Shown here piece by piece: positions 1 through 11,789 of a stretch of 39,979 bases of DNA. The DNA is taken from NCBI RefSeq assembly GCF_000143415.4, contig NW_003314286.1, positions 1,962,082 through 2,002,060 on the forward strand. Direction: 5' to 3'. A program made the position numbers and the translations under genes. The DNA comes from Selaginella moellendorffii (lineage: Eukaryota > Plantae > Lycopodiophyta). Position 1 is the first letter of the stretch. Each line of letters opens with the position of its first letter. The notes beneath the pieces were generated by a model, which saw nothing but the letters and a program-made list of their open reading frames with translations, did not search any database and was not told where the DNA came from.

Positions 1-211
1 TAAGGGCAGGGAACATATTTGGCCCGAGATTCTCGAACTCAATCTCAAACTTAGTCTTGGAGTCGGTCTCGAACTCGATGTCGGACTTAGTCTTGAACTC
101 GATCTCAAAGTCGGTCTCAAACTTGGTCTCATGCAATGAACTCTTTATCATTTTGATCGTGGTTTTGTGGATCCTTTAGCCTACAACACCTAAGGGAGTT
201 GGTTCCTTACA
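1..211 (-). repeat. U3 end of the 3' LTR of element Z (continues left of the window)
   Basis: Minus strand reads PPT TATAGGTGGTGGAGT (212-226) then TGTAAGGAACCAACTCC, the same start as A's 3' LTR at 21262. It carries degenerate GAGTTCGAGACC-type repeats. Confidence 0.85.
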
Positions 212-301
212 ACTCCACCACCTATAAAAGAAGTTTGGTGCCCACATTAATTGTCTCTTTTTAATCCTATAACTTATTGACCATGTCTCTGGCTCCACTT
301 A

Positions 302-1451
302 TGTCGCGAATGTGACTTCGGGTATCGAAAGTTACCTATCGACTAGTCCTTACGGACACTCTTACCTTACTGCCACAATGGCAGGAGGTCGGTATTGCTG
401 GACCTTTTATCAGCCCCTCTTATTCAAGTGTTAGTAAATTGGACTTTGCATCTGTACTTAGCCGGATGAGCATAAGGATGGAATTCCTAAGTGTCTATTT
501 AGCCAAGCATACTTGGCTTGGCTTTTTAGTTCTCTTTTGCTCTGTCTTGCACTGGCTTGACAAGAACCCTCGCGTATTGAAATTAGTCCCTCAATATTGT
601 TACATGATAGCTTACCGTGTCTGCCAAACACCCTCGCTATCATGCCCTTTGTGTTAGTCTCATTCTGGTCCCAAATACTATTTATGGAAAGTGTCTAGAT
701 TTGCTCATTTGGCATATCTATGGAATGTAGAGATTGACTTGAACACAATGGTGTTCGTCCCGTATCCAAATTTGCAATCTAAGGACATTCCATATTTAGT
801 AAGTTTCGAGATTGTCCCAGAGACTAACTCCTAATACTAAGGGAGGCTTGGGGTGAAAGCCCAAAGCATGTGTTCCTCAAGGGGGGGGGGAGGGCTGTGG
901 GGGGTTCCAAATGTATAGTAGGGATAGTGGGTAGGTCGGGTATGGCCGACCAACTTGAGGCATAGTTTAGCTCCCGCTTGCGTGTCTATCCTTGTTCTGC
1001 ATCCGGCTTGGGTCTAAGCCCAAGTTCCACACCATGCTAGTTGATGGAGTACCCATATCCTCATGTTAGGCCATTGGTATGCCGAAATAGCACTAGACTC
1101 CGTTTGGCTCCGTTTTGCGTGCTGGTCCTAGCATTGGGATGCTGGTTATTCTAGGACTGTTCCAAGTCACTCCGGGCTCCTGTCCCTTTGCTCATTGGGC
1201 TTTATGCTTGGGAGTTGCTCCGTGGTTCGGTTCCGTCACTCCTTGGCTTTGTGCTTGGGAGTTTGGCACCATTCCTTCGTTTAGTGGCCCAAGGCCCTAA
1301 ACCTCGGGTTCCTATGGACAAGTGGCATGGACACGTGGTATGTGACATGTGGCATCTGTCACGTGGCACAAAGATGGTTTACGTTCCGCTTCGTGGTGCT
1401 ATCCTATGGTAAATCACCATAGGATAAAGGGTCAAAACCACATGCGCTACA
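302..1451 (+). repeat. 5' LTR of element E (1150 bp)
   Basis: Runs TGTCGCG...CGCTACA, is a direct repeat of 6397-7834 and is followed by the PBS. Confidence 0.93.
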
Positions 1452-4400
1452 TTTGGTATCAGAGGATACGTCTCAGCGAGTACTATTCAATGAGATTGGG
1501 CAACTAGTATCGTTGCATACGCAGAGATGAAAATGATGATCCGAGTGGGTACATGTTTAGGTGCTAAGACTTCGCAATTGTTCCTTGGGTATGGATTTGG
1601 TTACCTTTTTGTACCATAATAATGTGAGCTTGCTCTTGGGCTCATAGGATAGATTTGAGGTGTACCATTTGCACGAGTTTTTGCTTGGGCTTGTGAGTTA
1701 CACTTTGAGTTGGCAGGATTAATGTTAGCCTATCGGTGGTTCCATAAGTTGTTCCATGTACCATGGGTGAAAGTAACCTTTCCCTGGGTTTACTATGAGT
1801 GGCAATAGGCTGGTCCATAGCTGTTTAGCATGGCACTAGTGGATCCTTCTTAGGCATGATTACGAGTGGATCAATCAAGACTGTAGGGATTAGTCTATTG
1901 GTTCAAGTAGTCATAGCCGTGCTCTCTCATAAACTTTTCTTGGATTAGACTAAAGGCAGTGTGAATGCAAGCTTGAGCTTTAGTCAAAGATGAGACCGAA
2001 AAAAGAGTCGTTAGGGACGAAGGATCAAACACGTAAATCATTTTCTCTTCTTGGAGAGATGATTTGCAACGAGGTGTGACTCATTGCTCGTGTTCACATT
2101 ATGCAATCAAGAGACCCTACCTTGATGCATGTTGGAAATGATGGTCTTGCAAATGGTGAGTTATGGGATGGATAGTAGTGAAGCGCTAAACCATTTTGTT
2201 TAAGCTTGCTGTTGAAGACTTGGGGTTGCAATGCTCAATTCTTTTCCGGGGAACCTTGTTATTGCTCCTTGAGTAACTTGGTGTTGGATTAGTGTTAAGT
2301 TTGGTCGGAAAGAGAGTGGCATGAGCTTGTCCGTGTTGTGAACAAAAGTTAGTGGTGTTAGGTGTTGTAAATCTCTATTGATGGGGTGTGGCATTTATGT
2401 TGCATTTTGTCGAATCGAGTTGGCACTTGATATTCACATAAACCTTTGCAGTAGTGATATGGGCATTACTCATAGTGTTGCTTGATTGATGATCAAGTCA
2501 TTGTGATTTATATCATATCCATGTGATAATGAGCAATGTGTTTACGAAGTTGCTTAGGTAAATGATGATCAACCCCAAAGTGGTTGATAGTGAAGCTAGT
2601 CTACTTACATGCAAAAGCATTGTAGTAGCTTTGACTGGATTGTCGGAGATGGTCCATTATGCTAAGCTTATGTTAGTACCTTGTTTCCTTGAGGGTTTGC
2701 CCATTAGGTGTTGAAAAAGGGTTATAGCATTCACTTGCTATGGCTTGTCAGTTGATCCGTTAGCACTTGAAGTAGATTGTTGGATGGAAAAGGTGTGTAG
2801 TTGAGGCATTGACATCGCTAGCACTTGTGTTAGTGGAAGTGGCATTGTTATTTCAAGTGATGAGGAAGTTTTCCTTGGACCTTGATTTTCTATGTCATTT
2901 TTCTTGTTAGTGTTTTGGCTTCACATTGGATTTTGAAGGTGATTGAAGAAGAGTGTTAGTGCAATGTGGATGTCCGAAGATGTGGTCTTCGTGATCAAGC
3001 CTTGGATGTTCATTTTGCACTTTGCGGATGTCGGTGTTGGATATCGGTTAGATAGGCAAAGATGTTTGATGCTTAAGCATACTATGGGTCATGAGAATTG
3101 GTGTTAAGGTGAACCTATGTGAAGTTGTTAGTAGGAGGAAGTTGGTTGAGTCTTGAAGTTTGCATTCCTGAAATGAGAGTCATTCTTTCTCTAGGATGGA
3201 AAATTTTCCACAAATTTTCTTAGGCTTTTCCAATGGCTGATCTATTGGTCATTTTACTCAAAAACCTTTCCGTTTTCGTAAGCCAGTACAAACTAGTGAA
3301 GGGGTTGGAGTTGACTTTAGTTAGCTTAAACCTTAGTAGGTAGTATGTATGATGCAGCCCGAAAGGGATGCTAACTTTTGGGGCTAAGGCAATTGAGTTG
3401 GATAGAGTCTGGAGTTGGTGTAGAAAAGTGGCCGTTGCGCTTTTTTAAGAAAGGTGATCCTTGTACCTTTCTTTTGTAGCATTGTGCTTGGTGGCAGGTT
3501 GCACCTTGCATTTCGTTAGACTCTATGAGAGTAGTGAGCTCTTACTGATTTTGACTTGGTCTTGGTGGCCTTGCGCCTTGGCTGAGGATGGTGATGTCTA
3601 ACTTAGTTGTTTGAGGTTGAGATGTTGGTACCTGTACTATAACTTTGTTTATAAGGAGGTTGTGTACCGATATGAGTCCATCTCATGGTCTTCACTTTAG
3701 TTTCGGCTAAGTGTTAATCATGCATAGCTAGCCTCTTCAAAGCATGCTCAGAGCTAGTGACTAAATGTTTTAGTGAGCTTATTACGGTTGATTTGGATTC
3801 GAGTGGTCATTGAGTTTGTGCTTGTCTATGAACTTTTATCTTGTACTTGGGGTATCACGTTCATGTTGGACAAGTATATAACTTGATGACAAGAGTTGGT
3901 GTTTGGTTCTTGTGAAGGCAAGTTAAGGAGTGATTATTAATTGCTTTGCGACTAGTGATTGCTTGTTGACTTCGTCAAGGATTGTTGACACTTGCTTTGC
4001 TCGATGATGATTCAACAATGATGGACTTGCTTTACTAGATGGTGTTGTGGAGGATCGTGTCATTAATCTTACATGGGTTTTCTATGTTGGCATATTGATT
4101 CTACCTTTGTCAATATTATTTGGTGGCATTTAGTTGTAGTGTTGGATTTCATTGAGTCTTGGACGTGGTGAATCACTCTGTGATGATGTGTTATCTATAA
4201 CTGAGTATTGTTGGAGGATTGGTCTCGGATACTGAGTAAAGTATTTTTAACCTTGGTTAGCTTAGTTGCTAAGGAGTTTGAGTGGTGATTCACTCGTGCT
4301 TTCTTCTAGCTTTGTTCTGGTGTTGATGGCATTGAAGTGATACCTTGTCGTTGACATTGTTGTTATTGAGATCTGAGTGAAATGAGATATCCTTCCAAGG

Positions 4401-6396
4401 ATTGATATTGAATTTCATTAGTCTTGATGAAGATAGTGTTGATGATTTGGCTTCTTTGTGTTGTTGGCATTCATACATTTGCTAGTTAGCAATTGTGTTG
4501 ACGTTCAAATGAACTGAGTGACAAGTTTGAGTTAGTTGTATTCTAGACGAGATTATTTAGTAGAGGTTGAGCTTTAGCTTTTCCTTGAAAAGTGATTTAG
4601 TTGTGGACTATGCTAACTCTACAAGAGGAGGAGTTCGTGATCAATGTTAGAATGTTTGAATCCTTATTGGATTTGGATTGGAATATATTAGTCATTGATG
4701 ATTCTTCTTGTGCTTGTTATGAAGTGAGTTACGTCTTGCTACTGTAGATGGATTCATGGAGGATCATTTAATGATCACTTGTTGGGCATAGCTCCAATTG
4801 TGCTTAACTTTTGGATTGATGTAGAAATGCTCTTCATTAGTTTTGGCATTATGAAGTTTAGCTTATGAATGTGTTGAGGAAGATATTATGGGTTGCACCA
4901 TGATTTCTTCTTTCGCATTGAAGTTAGCTTCTATGAGACTTGTGATCATTATTAAGTAAGACTTAACTATAGGCTTTTTCGAGCTTTTGGTTCATTGAGT
5001 TTTGTGCTCATTATTCCATTTGTTAGAAGTTGTTGGGGAAGGCATTTTGGCTCCTACCTTCGATATTGAAGTTAGTATTTGCATCTGGCAATTATTGATG
5101 ATGATTGACTGTCATCTAGGATAATTGATTATCCTTGTCGAAAGTTTTGCTTGATTATTGTTGATCTAGAATGATTTGCTATTCTTCGGGATGGTGGATT
5201 CCTTCTTAAATGATGATTCTGCATATATCTTTTTGCTAGGATGATTAATGATTTTTCATGATGGTTAGTTGTTCTCTTTGATGATTTATGGCCACATGTT
5301 CTTTGTGGTTTGCTTTGGATTGGTCTCTTGGGTTTGAGACATCAATAGGATGTTGTTGACACTTGCTAAAGCAACTTGAGTTCCTTAGTGTTATTGGCTG
5401 CGATCTATCTGGATTGGCTAGTGCAATGGTTGGTATGAATGAGTGTTTATTGGTTTTACCACATTCATTCTATTCTGTTGATTGTTGCTTGAGCTAGTTT
5501 TGATAGATTTGGATGTTATTTTCTTTCGGTGATACATTCGTGAGTATTATGCTTGTCAGTCAATGATACTTTGTGTTCTTTGCGTTATCTTTAGTAAGTT
5601 GTTTGGCATGCTATTTGCCATTTTCAGTAGTTAAGTTTTATTATTGAGTTTCCTTGATGATCTACTTGCTATTGAATTTTGTTGGATGGTGATTCCTATG
5701 TTTATCAATTATGATAATCTTGGTGGTTCCTATACTCAAATACTAGTTTATCGCATGATAATTTACTTAGAATACTTTTGTGTTCTAATCTAAGCTTTAT
5801 TCACTGATAATTCAATCTCTAAGATATCATTGTCTCTGACTTTGATATAGTCCATATATTGATCTTTGAGTTTGGGCCAGTATAGGTAGACTAACTTCGG
5901 CACTTCGTGTGCATGTTGAAATCTCTAGTCATGGGGTAGCTACTGTCAACTAGTCACATAACCCGCCTCTCTGTTGATGTTCCTTATTCCGTGAAAGGGC
6001 GTGACCGTGTAAACAACTCTAACTGCCTGTTTACAGTAGTCTATCTAAACCTTACCGATGGGTTTGGTTTCTTTGCTTAGGAGGGTTGGGGCCTTTGGCT
6101 TCTCTCTCAATGTCCTTGCAGGCAGGGGCATATCACACTTTTGTAAGCTGGGTGACTCCCAGAGCAGCAAAGGTGGCTGACTCCGTTGGTCATTTCCTTG
6201 ACGGCGATGGCTGGAAGGTGTCTGAGCTGGTAGTGCATCCGTGTTAGACAAAGAGGTTGCCTCCTAACTCATTTAAGTTGGTGCATTTCTCACATAGTGT
6301 GAGTACCGTGAACTTTTTTTGGAGTTGTTTCCTTGGCGGTATTCTAGACTCGAGTATGCATCGACAAGGATGTCGATCTTCCCTAGTGGGGGAGAG

Positions 6397-7834
6397 TGTC
6401 GCGAATGTGACTTCGGGTATCAAAAGTTACCTGTCGAATGCTTTATTTCGTTAAAGTGGGACTTATTCAGTAAAGTGGGACATTAATTAGCATGTGTCCA
6501 CATGCCATTTCCTAGTACTTAATTAATATTTATTAATATTTCTATCAGTTTTTTAATTTATTTTTTTATATTTCACAATATTATAACACAAAATCATATG
6601 AAAAGTTTTTAATTTATAAATTATAAAGTTAAAACTTCAATTTTTTATTGTTATTATAAAAATGGCATGTGGCCACACACCATAAGTGGGATAATGAAAA
6701 GTCCCACTTTAACGAAATAAAGCATTCGACCAATCCTTACAGACACTCTTACCTTACTGCCACGATGGCAGGAGGTCGGTATTGCTGGACCCTTTATCAG
6801 CCCCTCTTGTTCAAGTGTTAGTAAACTGGACTTTGCATCTGTACTTAGCTGGATGAGCATAAGGATGGAATTCCTAAGTGTCTATTCAGCCAAGCATACT
6901 TGGCTTGGCTTTTTAGTTCTCTTTTGCTCTGTCTTGCACTGGCTTGACAAGAACCCTCGCGTATTGAAATTAGTCCCTCAATATTGTTACATGATAGCTT
7001 ACCGTGTCTGCCAAACACCCTCGCTATCATGCCCTTTGTGTTAGTCTCATTCTGGTCCCAAATACTATTTATGGAAAGTGTCTGGGTTCGTTCATTTGGC
7101 ATATCTACGGAATGTAGAGGTCGGCCTGAACACAATGGTGTTCGTCCTGTGTCCAAATTCACATTCTAAGGACATTCCATTGTTAGTAAGTTTTAAGCTT
7201 GTCCCAGAGACTAACTCCTGATTCTGAGGGAGGCTTGGGGTGAAAGGCCAAAGTGTGTGTGGGGGGGGGGGGGGGGGTTATGGGGGGTTTCAAATGTATA
7301 GTAGGGATAGTGGGTAGATCGGGCATGGCCGACCAACTTGAGGCATAGTTTAGCTCCCGCTTGTGTGCCTGTCCTTGTTTTGCGTCCGGCTTGGGTCTAA
7401 GCCCAAGCTCCACACCATGCTAGCTAGTGGAGTACCCATATCCTCACGTTAAGCCACCGGTATGCCGAAATAGTGCTAAACTCTGTTTGGCTCCGTTTTG
7501 CATGCTGGTCCTGGCATTAGGATGCTGGTTACTCTAGAACTGTTCCAAGTCGCTCCGGGCTCCTGTTCCTTTGCTCCTTGGGTTTTATGCTCGGGAGTTG
7601 CTCTGTGGTTCGGTTCCATCACTCCTTGGCTTCGTGCTTGGGAGTTTGGCACCATTCCTTCGTTTAGTGGCCTAAGGCCCTGAACCTCGGGTTCCTATAG
7701 ACACGTGGCATGGACATGTGGTATGTGAGACATGGCATCTGTCACGTGGCACAAAGAGGGTTTACGTTTCGCTTCGTGCTGCTATCCTATGGTAAATCAC
7801 CATAGGATAAAGGGTCAAAACCACGTGTGCTACA
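6397..7834 (+). repeat. 3' LTR of element E, containing the MITE insertion
   Basis: Preceded by the PPT. Matches 302-1451 apart from substitutions, small indels and the 288-bp insert plus duplication. Confidence 0.93.
6438..6725. mobile_element. MITE (288 bp, AT-rich, perfect 27-bp TIRs)
   Basis: TIR ATGCTTTATTTCGTTAAAGTGGGACTT at 6438-6464, with its reverse complement at 6699-6725. Absent from E's 5' LTR (empty site ...TCGAC...). Flanked by duplicated TCGA; because TCGA is palindromic, the TSD could be 4, 2 or 0 bp. Confidence 0.92.
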
Positions 7835-8134
7835 ACTTAGCGGTGTGCCTAAATTAGCCTCCCCAGCCAAGAGCCCATGATATGGGAGTATAGGTGTCCC
7901 TATACCTCCACACCCTAATATGTGGTTAGGACTTGAATATAGCCTTGCTTTACTAAAAGGTTGGGACTTGAACCCAACCTCCATAGAATACATTTATGGA
8001 TTTGACATCCTTGTGAGGAGTCGGGCATAGTTCCTTATGCTTAGTTGACCTAGTTAAGCCATGTTAATTAGCTTACCTTCGGCGCGCCTTCAGGTCTTAA
8101 CATATGACATTACTCAATTTCTCAAATAGATTCT

Positions 8135-8577
8135 TTAATTGAATTTTACATAAATATATAGAGTTCTACTTTGTAAAAATTCCTTCATTAGATCTCATGC
8201 GTTTACTAGATTCTCCTCCGATTCCCATATTACTTCGTAGTGTGGAAATCCTTTCCACTTCACATAGAACTCCCTCACCTCATGTCTTTGTCATTTGCTT
8301 TTGCACGCATTGAGGATGGCCTCGACCTTGTATTCTTCTTCCCCTTGGATGACCTTAGGTAAGGTGTTACTTAGTCCTTGCAAAGTGGATCCTCAAAGTA
8401 CGGCTTGAGGAAGTTCACATGGAACACAGGGTGCATCTTTTTTATCTCCTAAGGAAGTTGGAGGTGGTATGCCACTTTACCAATTCGAGCCTCAATCGTA
8501 TAAGGCCTTGTGAATTTGCTTAAGGAACTTAAGATCAGTTCATTTATAAGAATACATGCATTTGACTTTTGGGTCAA
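8135..8577 (-). pseudogene. Z integrase C-terminus (GPY/F region and chromodomain), degenerate
   Basis: Minus-strand translation FTRPYTIEARIGKVAYHLQLP...MHPVFHVNFLKPYFEDP...FYVKWKGFPH parallels A 20479-20860. Confidence 0.85.
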
Positions 8578-8771
8578 TGTAAGCAACCAAAGAGAACGAC
8601 TTGAGAGACGATCCATGGGGTTCAAATATAGAGGGAAAGGGCCCATGAACAAGAGTGCACCCCCTTTTCCAATCGGTTAAGGGTCTTGGGATACTTGGAA
8701 TTAAGCGTCCTTGGGTTTGAATAGTACTGGGCCGGGTGACCTCCCGGGAAGTCCAAACTCAAGCGCTTACA
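8578..8771 (+). repeat. 194-bp Cassandra-type LTR (5S rRNA-derived core) serving as the 5' LTR of element A
   Basis: Inverted termini TGTAAGC...GCTTACA. A closely matching copy starts at 35033 in a TRIM. Contains the 5S-like segment and is followed by the PBS. Confidence 0.87.
8699..8754 (+). promoter_or_regulatory. 5S rRNA-derived internal Pol III promoter region (A-box, IE, C-box) within the Cassandra LTR
   Basis: TTAAGCGTCCTTGGGTTTGAATAGTACTGGGCCGGGTGACCTCCCGGGAAGTCC aligns without gaps to the recalled plant 5S segment TTAAGCGTGCTTGGGCGAGAGTAGTACTAGGATGGGTGACCTCCTGGGAAGTCC. Confidence 0.85.
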
Positions 8772-8819
8772 TTTAGTATCATACATTTACATTTGGTATA
8801 GTACATTTGGTATCGGAGC
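8772..8819 (+). other. Stuttered primer-binding region (tRNA-iMet type); complete PBS at 8808-8819
   Basis: Reads ACATTTAGTATCAT, ACATTT, ACATTTGGTATAGT, ACATTTGGTATCGGAGC in succession. Confidence 0.8.
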
Positions 8820-8863
8820 TTTTTCCTCAGTTCTAGCGAAGGATAGAGGCGGATTGCTGGGAG

Positions 8864-10294
8864 ATGGTAAAGGCAGGGCGTAAGCGAACCTAGGCGGAGA
8901 CGGAACCTCCGCCAGAGTTGGAGCCTCCAGTCAAACAAGAGGCTATGGATGAGGAATCCATGCATGAGGAGGACTTTAGTGAGGAAACTTCCAAACAAGA
9001 GTTCGGTGGCGAGGTTCGGTCGTCCAAGGCTCAATTGGACGTTCTAGAAGTACAATTGGTGCAGACCAATGCCCTGCTAGAGACTCTCGTACGCAAGCTA
9101 AAGCGTGACGAGAAGCGGAAGAAAAAGCGAAAGACTGTGGATGTTGATAGCGCAGAAGGTGCGGACCCTTCGGTAGGGACTGAGGCAAAACCAGACAAGG
9201 TGGAATAGACCGAAGTGGAATCAGTCCCTCAGGCAGTTCCCAAGTACAAACCAAAGCCCCCACCGGTCTTCAAGGGAGTGAACGACTATAAGGTGGTGGA
9301 GGATTGGTTTTACAATATGGAGGCTTACTTCCGAGCATTGCAGTTATCGAGCTCGGAGAAGGTCCAATGTGCAAAACCATACTTGGCAGATAATGCCAAG
9401 TCTTGGTGGAGAACGACAGAGGCCAACGAAGGACCGGTGGCCACTTGGGAAATGATGAAGGCGAGGATCCGCACGACTTACGTTCCTCCGAATGCTACTC
9501 TGCATCTAAGGGACGGGCTGAGTAGGCTGAAGTAGACCGGAACCATTTAGGAGTATGTGAATGGGTTTATGGCAAAGAGGATACTTGTCACGGACATGGG
9601 AAATATGGATGCGTTCAATGCTTTCATATCAGGTTTGCAAACCTGGGCTCGCGGTGAGGTGATGTGGTGGAACCCAACAAACTACAAGGAAGCGTTGGAT
9701 GCGGCCATCAAGGTGCATTTCAACGATAACCTACGAAAGGGGAACACGACGGGGTCAGGATCCACGTTTAGCAAAGGGGCCAAACCAAGAGGAATGTATA
9801 GTAGAGGGAAATTCAAGAAGAGTTTCTCTAAGAATGAGTCCTCGGGGTTTCGGAAAGGCAAATCCGGTGGCCAGCGAGCGAGTACGTGGGGGAGTCAAGC
9901 AAAAAGAGACAAACCCACGGATAAGAAGGTCAAGTCATATAACAGCGTGGGAAACAACGTATGCTACAACTGCAGTGAAGCGGGACACTTTTCGAGGGAA
10001 TGTCCCTACCCGAAGAAGGCCAGAGCCAATATGGCCATCAAGTCGGGTGAAGTCCAAACTGAGGTATGTGATCCAGTCCCTAACTCAAAGTTACTCATTA
10101 CACAAGCAACTTTGGTAGAGAGACATTCACAACATCTACTAGCCCTTCGAGGGAAGCTCGAAGATAGCTTTGTTAAGATCCTTATTGACACGGGTGCTTC
10201 GGATAATTTTGTGGCTGCAGACATAGTCCGGCAAGTTGGACTAATGGTGCAGCGGCTAGGCAAACCAAGGACTATAGAGTTTGTTCAAGGTAGC
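8864..10294 (+). pseudogene. gag: gag plus N-terminal aspartic protease of element A (single frame, several premature TAG stops)
   Basis: The ATG at 8864 is in frame with ORFs 8918, 9215 and 9557. Capsid-like KPPPVFKG...EDWFYNME...AKSWW, zinc knuckle CYNCSEAGHFSREC and protease LIDTGASDNF. The stops are consistent with CAG>TAG changes. Confidence 0.92.
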
Positions 10295-11789
10295 TGTAAG
10301 TGATTAATTTTTCCATTCTACTTTAGTCACTTAACCACACCTCCGACCACTTGGAGGAGTCTCATTCACAACCTCCATAAGTCCAATTCAGGATTTGGGA
10401 CTTGCTAGCCCCAAGAATGGCATCCATGCCACTCCACCCTTGCACCTGGTCCAAGTGCTCCATGTGTCCGATCCCATGATCGACACTCAAAGGTACCACC
10501 GACATAGCAGCCTGTTACGCAAAGGCCATGCCCAATCACCTTTGCTGCACTGGTAGTCCAATACCACTTGCAACATAGTCTTGTCTCTCCAAAACTGGGC
10601 TAACCATCCGTGAGTGGTCATCCTAGATTCACTCCTTAGCATCCTTAGGATGCCCACCAATAAGGGGAATAGCCTTCCCCAATATCCCTCTGTCTGTCCC
10701 CACTAAGTCCCTTTCTACCCTTGGCCGTGTTTGCCAACACTGCCACTGGATCGAGGCCCACAGGCCTAACCACTAAGTCCCATGGTCCTCTGGGACTTCC
10801 TCACCACCTGACCGTATCCTTGGCCACCACACCAAAGGATTGTTCCTTTTCCTTTCCACAGTCTGGGACCTTGGGACAACACTTCGGAACACCGTGGCCT
10901 TACGCGAGCCACCTAGGTATTCTCCCCGCCTTCCGCCTTTGGGTGCTCTAGCCATGGGCTTAGAGCGAGGTTCCGTTGAGCCACGCCTGGTATCCAAGTA
11001 GGTAGTGCCACCCACACTTGGACTGGGAGCATCGGCTAGTCGATCTCCCAGGGGAACTAGAGCCGGCTCTTGAACACTTCACCAAGCTACCCCGCTTGTC
11101 GATCCGTATTCACTCTAGTCTTAGACTTCCCAGTGGTCAGTTCATCACCCAACACTGGTCTGGCCTTCCTGGGCCAAACTGGCCTTTCCTGGCCAAACTA
11201 GCTCCACTGCAGTCTTCTCCCTTACTATACTTTTGGAGCTCACTAAACCCCCCAGGGTCTAGGAGACGAACGCTTTAGGCTTTCACCCTCTCAGACTCAG
11301 ACTCAGACTCGGACTCGGACTCGGACTGGGGTTGGAGCTCGGGCTCGGGCTCAGGCTCAGCCTCGGCCTCGGCCTCGGCCTTGGTCTCGCCTCAGTCTCA
11401 GTCTCGGTCTCAGTCTCGGTCTCGGTCTCGACCTCGGACTCCATCTCTGGTCTTTCTCGGATTCCATCTCGGATTCCATCTCATGTCCATCTCGGACTCC
11501 GTCTTGGTCCATCTCGGACTCCATCTCGGACTCCAACTCGGGTCCATCTCGGACACTTCCACGTGTTATGTGTTGGTCCTTTTGGGTCCCTTTTTTTTTG
11601 GAGCCTCGCTTGTTGCTCGCTTCGTGCTTGTTCCTCGAGCACTTTGTTGGGAGTTCCACTCCCGCTCTCGACCTTTCAAGTCGGAGCTTTTAGTCCAAAC
11701 GTGTTACGCTTGTTTGGCTTTCGATTCAGCCACTACCACGTGGCACCCTTTTGGCTCCACTTTGGGGCCTAGGGATTTTGTGTCTCACA
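10295..11789 (-). repeat. 3' LTR of element B (1495 bp)
   Basis: Direct repeat of 15813-17514 with a shorter U3 tandem array; adjacent to the PPT. Confidence 0.93.

Larger units (their letters stand above)
302..7834 (+). mobile_element. Element E: non-autonomous (LARD-like) LTR retrotransposon with a decayed, T/G-rich internal region
   Basis: TG...CA termini, TSD ACTTA, paired LTRs 302-1451 and 6397-7834, PBS TGGTATCAGAG at 1454-1464, PPT AGTGGGGGAGAG at 6385-6396. No long ORF in the roughly 4.9 kb interior. Confidence 0.93.

Noticed and set aside
8699-8754. Functional 5S rRNA gene
   Set aside because: Only the internal promoter portion is present; it lacks the 5' part and an oligo-T terminator and sits inside an LTR.
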